This document shows positions 58,176 to 64,000 of a DNA stretch of 64,000 nucleotides, piece by piece. This stretch comes from Mayamaea pseudoterrestris (Eukaryota). The DNA lies in NCBI GenBank assembly GCA_027923505.1, contig BROI01000040.1:1-64000 (forward strand), read 5' to 3'. Every line of letters begins with the position of its first letter. Within the stretch, counting starts at the first letter, position 1. The notes under the pieces were generated by a model that saw nothing but the letters and a program-made list of their open reading frames with translations, was not told the DNA's origin and searched no databases. The position numbers were made by a program, and so were the translations under genes.

Positions 58176-61094
58176 CTAGACACTTTCGTGACTCTCCAAG
58201 ACGAGCTCCATTTGATGCTTGTCGTTGCCAATCATGGCCAATGTCATGTCATGGAGCAACTTGTGCGTGCGAATCTCAAGCGCGAGCGCTTTCCTTCCCA
58301 CGTAGGCAAGCAGCGTGTTGGTGCTGCTACGTTGCGAGCAAACCAAGTGAACGAAATGATGCTCCAGAATGCGTGCCACGTTGGGCCGGCCGTAGTAAAT
58401 TTTAAAGCATTGAAACAAGGATGTTGCGTTCCACTCGAGCTGCAGCAGCTCGTTGGCAGCAACGTTTGGATCCGTCACGTAGATTCGCACGCGGCAGACT
58501 TGCTTGGCGCGATGGACACCCACCGACGCGACCAGCTCGTTCCAGACGGATTCAATGTCGGGCAGTATTTCGGATACGAGCAAGGCCGATCGGCAAATCC
58601 AAATTACGTCAAGTCGTTCTAAACCACCATGCGGTTGGCCAGGAATAATGGTTTTGTAGTGGGGCTCGACAGCCATGCTCCAGACGCGCAAAACCATGTA
58701 GGCGGTGAAGCAGCAGTAGAGAGTCACTTGGGCGGGACTCCATGGTGGCTGCAACTTGCACCAATACCAGTCGCAAAAGGGAGCAACGACAATGCACAAG
58801 ACATCGACGAAGCCATAAATGCTGCCGCTGTCTCGACGAAAAAGCGCCGCCATGGCAAACATGAGCTGAAAAACGGCGGATCCAGCCAGTAGACTCATCG
58901 TCCAAAGAGAAAAATGCATGGCGGCGGCGTCAAGGGAGTGCCAACTGATGGTGAACACCACGAGTGCGAAACCAAATATAGCCACATGCCCAAGTAAAAC
59001 AACGCCAAGCATGGACCGGGTCGCTTGCGCAGCGGCCTTTCTAAGCTCGTGCATGGTCCGTCGGCGTTCTTGGGGCGAACCGTCTCCAGCATTTCCTGCA
59101 CTGCGGTGAATGTCGTCTCGAATCAACTCCTTCCACAAGTCGGACCGCAACGGATGCATCAATTTGTTGTAGCGGTCCGAAGAGTGACAATGACGAGCAA
59201 GCCAGCACCAGGCCGACTGCCATAGCTTGTGAGCACTAGAGCCACTTTCTCCATCCGTCTCGGAAATAACATTCAATTCGCGGCGTCGTCGTTCAGAGTC
59301 GCGCAATGCCTTCGGATTCAGACGTATATGGCGACGCATATGCTGCTTATACATGCTTAAAATTGGTACAATACCTGAGCATGGGAGGAGAGTTGTAGTT
59401 AGTGCATTTGTGTCGAAAATAAACGCAAGACATTAGAGTTCATCAACGCACCAGTCCCCGTCCCAATTACAAGGGCATGCGATAAGGCGCTCGTCTGGGC
59501 CAGAGGCGTTCCATAAGGACCCATGACATCAACATGTAGCGTCGTGGGAAAGAGCTTATTTGTCGTTTCGTTCGCATTCAAAAGCTGCTGTTGCTCTAAA
59601 TGTTTCCACAACTTGTTCGTCCAACTTTCTTCACGACTCGACACTTGAACGACAAATTCCATGCAAAAGGACTCTGGCTCGCTCGCAAAGCTAAACGGGT
59701 GCCATTCCGAAGTTCCAATGGCTGGAATGCGTAAACGAGCGTATTGGCCGGGTTGGAATTGCAGAAGCGTCGGGCGATGTAGCTTTATGATGAGCATTCG
59801 ACCCGTGTCGGCGCCACTTTCAACATTGTTGGTATATCCACTCGCAGCAGTCGGTTGAATCAAGGAGCAATGCAGTAACGTCGTCCGATACGATGGCTGC
59901 GCCAAGCGGTCGCACACGTACAGCAAGAAACTCGCCGCAACCCACGAAAAGCACTGGCTCCGATGCATCGCACCAGCCCGCTGCTGATTGTCAAACGTAT
60001 GGGCAATGGTAATCACGTAGAGCAGCAGGAAACCAATGCGATGGATTTTAAGAAAGATGGCGTACGAAATGTCGCGTCGAATCAAACTCGAAACTGTAAT
60101 GAGTGTTATCAACCCAAACATGGCCAGACCAGACATCATAATCTCCGATGTGAGCTTGTCGCAGTATTCTTGTTCACCTGATACGTTGAGACAGGTGGGG
60201 ATGAGATTACGAATTATGGAATTTTGACTGCTCCAACCTGCACCTTTTCAAAGCGTACCATGCGCAAGGCAGAGAAAGCTTGTCAGCCCCATGCCAAGCG
60301 TCAAACCAAGCGTTGCGAGTGCAAAGATCCAATACCCCACGTATGCATGAACGTCCGGCATGTTTCGCAGCGGAACGTATTTTTCCAGATTGGAATGCTG
60401 CAACGCCAAACTAGTAATGGAGCGTTTCATCACTGTCAGCGGAAGTATTGCCATTTGCAACAAAATCGCATGAGCCGCTCCGTAGTCGAGCGATGGAACA
60501 ATCAAGCGCATCCAGTAGTAGAACGATTCGGAATCGAGTGATTCTTTCTGGCGATGAAACTTGATGATAAAGTAGTGCGCTGCAATTGGACGAGGCGAGG
60601 ATGACGAACGTTGGTGAGGGTGAGCATATTGCTGAATATAACGGTGCAAGTATATTTGTTATTTCGTTTTCATTGTGATTGCATCACTCACTCCATACGC
60701 ATAGAGTCGCCACCAAGTGCAAGCCCATCCAAACGAGTTTCTGGCGGTTCGCGTAGATTTTGAGCATGATTCGCGTGAAACAACTTGGCGGCGGCGGCGG
60801 CAATTGAAAGGCTTGGCGTAGCAGTTGCTTCGTTGACTCTTGGCTATGAATGTTGCAAGTAGAGGTATCTGACTGGAAACGTGACGAGACTTCGACGTCG
60901 TCGTCGTCGTGTTTGCCATGGTGCAGCCATGCTTCGTCGTCATCGTTGCTACTCTCGTCGACATTCGTTGCTACCAGCGTAGACTTGATACGACGATCCA
61001 TTGCATCATGTGAAACGTTACTGCAGTCACTATTCAGTGAGTGATACTTGTGAATTCTGTCTGGCAAAGCTTGGTTCGCTTCGAAAGGCGCCAT
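58176..61094 (-). CDS. NOX: NADPH oxidase / ferric-reductase superfamily protein, algal type with extra TM helices in the NADPH domain; exons 61094-60692, 60579-60259, 60177-59452 and 59374-58176
   Basis: Three GT-AG introns (60691-60580, 60258-60178, 59451-59375) join four ORFs in frame. Heme-region KIHR...IAH, FAD motifs FQPGQY and WHPFS, GPYG, NADPH motif VIGTGTGIVP, VIWICR, IYVT and GRP. Confidence 0.85.
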
Positions 61095-61637
61095 GCTCAA
61101 TCGATAATCGATACAATGCAATGCGCTCGCTAGATGCTAATGTTAAAACCGAGACAGAATCAAGTCGCTGATCGAAAGCGATGATGATGATGATTAGAGC
61201 GCCGTCAGTTTATAAAGGCTGCTAAAGATGACGGCAGTGCACCATGCTGGTTGTGAACGAAGGATCCGAAGGATCTTTTGCGTTGTTCCGTTCAGTACCG
61301 TTATGACGCAATTTTTCTATGCAGGAAACGACATGAAATCGGAGCGGTGTTGAAACGAATGCGGTCACTGTCCAGTCAGAATCAATTAGCTCGTATGTGT
61401 GTCATTGAATGACGGAGTTCGTCAGCCAAGACATTGGGCAATAACACTGCTCGTGGAAAAGTCATTTTGACTTGAAGATGTCTTTGCTGCCCGCACCGAG
61501 GCAGTACTGCTCCACGTAATCGGAGATTTGGTCGTGCAAAATGTGTCATGGCATAGTTACGACCAAAATATCGAAAGCACGAGGGCGCACCAAGCTTTCG
61601 ATGCATCTCACAAATCGAAATCGAACGCAACAACAAT

Positions 61638-64000
61638 ATGATGCGCTTGATCCTTGTCACTCTCGTTGCCGTTGGAGCGAAAGCTCATGGATCTCATGAT
61701 CATCACCATCATCACCACCACCATCACGAGCATCGGCGCCTCAACGCGCCCAGCAGCGAGCGGCAACTCGTCGGCTCCAACGTTTTGGAGGAATGCAACG
61801 CCCCGCACATGACGGACGAGGAAAAGCTCTTTTCAGCCGAAATTGTCCAGCAGTGGGAGGAAGCTAATAACTACAACCATACACGTCGACTTGACACCTT
61901 TGCCGCAACCATTCCCGTCTACTTTCACGTCATTCAACTCAACGAAACCTACGGTGCGCTTCCCAACATTGATCGCGACAACATGGTGGCGGCCTTGAAC
62001 CAAGGCTACGCCGGAACTGGTTTCACCTTTGTCCACGCGGCAACGGATGTGCTCATCAACGCCACGTACTACGACTGCTCCACGACGCAGGCGCTGGATA
62101 ACAACTTGCCAATTAAGAAACTGTTGCGCAAAGGCGGCTCCGAGGCGCTCAACGTGTTTATTTGCGACACGAGTCAAAACAAGACGAGCTACGTGGTTGG
62201 TTGGGCCAACTATCCGCCGCAAGTGTGGTGGAATTTGGCGCAGGATGCCATGTTTGTCGCCAATCCACGAACGTCGCCCTTTTTCAAAGACCCCGTCGTG
62301 AGCTACCAAACCATGATTCATGAAGCGGGACATTGGCTCGGGCTTGTATGTATATATTGATTGCGTCGTGCACAATGAGTATTGTCGAAATATTCTTGCC
62401 GCGTCTTGCTCACTCATAGCGCTTTTTCTTTTAGCTTCATACCTTCGAAAAGGGCTGCTCCACCGACTCGTATGGGCAGTACAATTTCGTTTCCATGGAG
62501 GGAGACGCCGTGAGCGACACACCCAGCCATTCGGGGCCGACGCAGGATCTTCCCGGCTACGCGAAATGCTGGAACATGACGCCTCCCATTAACACGTGCG
62601 ACGACAGCATTCCGGGCATTGACGTTGGACTGGATCCAATCAACAACTACATGTACGTGTCGAAGTGGCGGCGGCGTGTTTTGTGATTTGCTGCGTTAGT
62701 ATTTTGCGCCTCACACAACCAGCGTTCATATTATATTCGCAGGAATTACATTGCGAGTGCATGCTTGGCCAAGAAGGGCGAGTTTACCACTGGTCAGGTC
62801 GCTCGCATGGTGGCGCATGTAAGTTTTAAAATGAACGATTGTGGTGTCCATCAGACGTTTGTTTCTTTACTAATTCCGTTTTTTCTCATCATATACGCAG
62901 TGGGAAGGTTTTCGCAATCCAGCGAGAGACATTACTTGCGGGTGCCAATACGTGTGCACCGATGCAGGTACGGCATTTTTTGTTCGACGCAAAGGTTCAG
63001 TGTCGAGTGCGTTACTCACTTACGCTCTTGTGCTATATTGCAGTCTTGGACAGGATGGCCACGTCAACCAAAACTTGTCGAGATGTCATCCAAAGCAACA
63101 TGCTGACCCTGAATGAGCCAAACGCATGTTTGAATGCAGCCAAGGCATACCCAGCTCAGTGTGGACCGTGCAACGTGAATCAATCGCCTTGCAATGTCTT
63201 TATACCAGCACCTGCGCCAACCAAAGCTCCAACCAAAGCTCCAACAAAAAAGCCGACATCTGCACCAGTTGCACCGCCCACCAAGGTTCCAACAAGGCAG
63301 CCAACTGCTGCTCCAGTAGCACCTCCCACTAAGATTCCAACAAGGCAGCCGACGCTAGCTCCAGTTGCGCCGCCGACAAAGCTTCCAACGAACAAGCCGA
63401 CGACTGCTCCTGTAGCACCTCCCACCAATGTTCCAACGCACAAGCCTACAGTCGCTCCCGTAAATCCTCCGACCAAACTTCCAACAAGGTCACCAACCGC
63501 TGCACCAGTCGCCGCGCCCACAAACGTTCCAACGAACAAGCCTACAGGCGCTCCAGTGAAACCCCCAACGAGGCAGCCGACCGCTGCACCCGTCGCGGCG
63601 CCCACTAAACCTCCAACCAAAACGCCGACAGTTGCTCCAGTGAAACCTCCCACCAAGCTTCCCACACGAAAACCGACCGTTGCACCCGTCAAGCCACCCA
63701 CCAAACCACCAACCAAGGCCCCCGTCAAGCCACCAACCAAAGCCCCCGTCAAGCCACCCACCAAGGCACCTGTCAAGCCACCCACCAAGGCTCCCGTCAA
63801 GTTACCAACACCGGCTCCGGTGAAAAAGAAGCCATCGGCACCGGTGGCAGCGTCGGTGCAATTGTTCTTTCCGACAGAGTCGCCAAACGGGACGGCTTCT
63901 CCGGCAGCAGTCGTAACACCAACGAGCGCCGCGCCAGTGGCGCTTCTGACACTATCCGCCAAGGATTGCGCCAGTCTTGTTCGACAACAGTGCAGCTGCA
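61638..64000 (+). CDS. Secreted M43 (pappalysin/ulilysin-like) zinc metalloprotease with a Cys-rich module and Pro/Thr/Lys repeats, 3'-truncated; exons 61638-62345, 62435-62652, 62743-62818, 62901-62967 and 63044->64000
   Basis: Signal peptide, IPVYFHVI, LN..Y..TGF.F, GG..ALNV, GWANYP, HEAGHWLGL|LHTF (HExxHxxGxxH), GDAVSDTP, Met-turn NNYM|NY and FTTGQVARM. Four GT-AG introns keep the frame. Confidence 0.9.
63210..63810 (+). repeat. Coding tandem repeats: ~16-aa units (PTxAPVAPPTKxPTxx) followed by 8-aa units (PPTKAPVK)
   Basis: Translation of the last exon of the M43 gene; the 24-nt DNA periodicity is visible at about 63690-63800. Confidence 0.85.

Noticed and set aside
63180..63962. Gly/Val/Ala-rich repeat ORF on the minus strand
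   Set aside because: Reverse complement of the Pro/Thr/Lys repeats of the M43 gene.
1..64000. tRNA, rRNA, snRNA, CRISPR arrays, and transposase or reverse-transcriptase genes
   Set aside because: No cloverleaf context around the GTTCGA-like hits, no repeat-spacer arrays, and no DDE or YxDD-type ORFs recognised by eye; tRNAscan-SE, Infernal and RepeatModeler would be needed to exclude them.

Overview
Eukaryotic nuclear DNA, gene-dense, with short GT-AG introns (77-236 nt) and many Ser/Asn/Asp/Gln-rich insertions. The gene families point to a diatom, probably pennate; this is inferred, not proven. About 24 protein genes are supportable. Recognisable ones include importin-beta (3' end), TMCO1, two membrane-anchored cyclophilin-like paralogs, a membrane ACBP, RRP6, a ThiD-ThiE fusion, a PAF-acetylhydrolase-like hydrolase, Mpv17/PMP22, RCC1-like, NAR1, a MYND-finger pair, organellar AsnRS, a BTB protein, Alba/Rpp25, an algal-type NADPH oxidase and an M43 metalloprotease that runs off the right edge. 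The most unusual items are: (1) an intronless NTF2-like + SH3BGR-like + TIP41 triple fusion; (2) a ~4,046-aa single-pass protein with a ~3,550-aa acidic disordered N-terminus carrying repeated short motifs and a C-terminal FG-GAP propeller; (3) a spliced, apparently decayed tandem knottin (C-C-CC-C-C) gene that the ORF track only partly shows; (4) a MYND paralog carrying a frameshift and a lost Zn ligand; (5) a recurring upstream GTCATTTT motif. No tRNA, rRNA, CRISPR array or recognisable transposon was seen. All family calls come from motif recognition by eye; no database searches were run.
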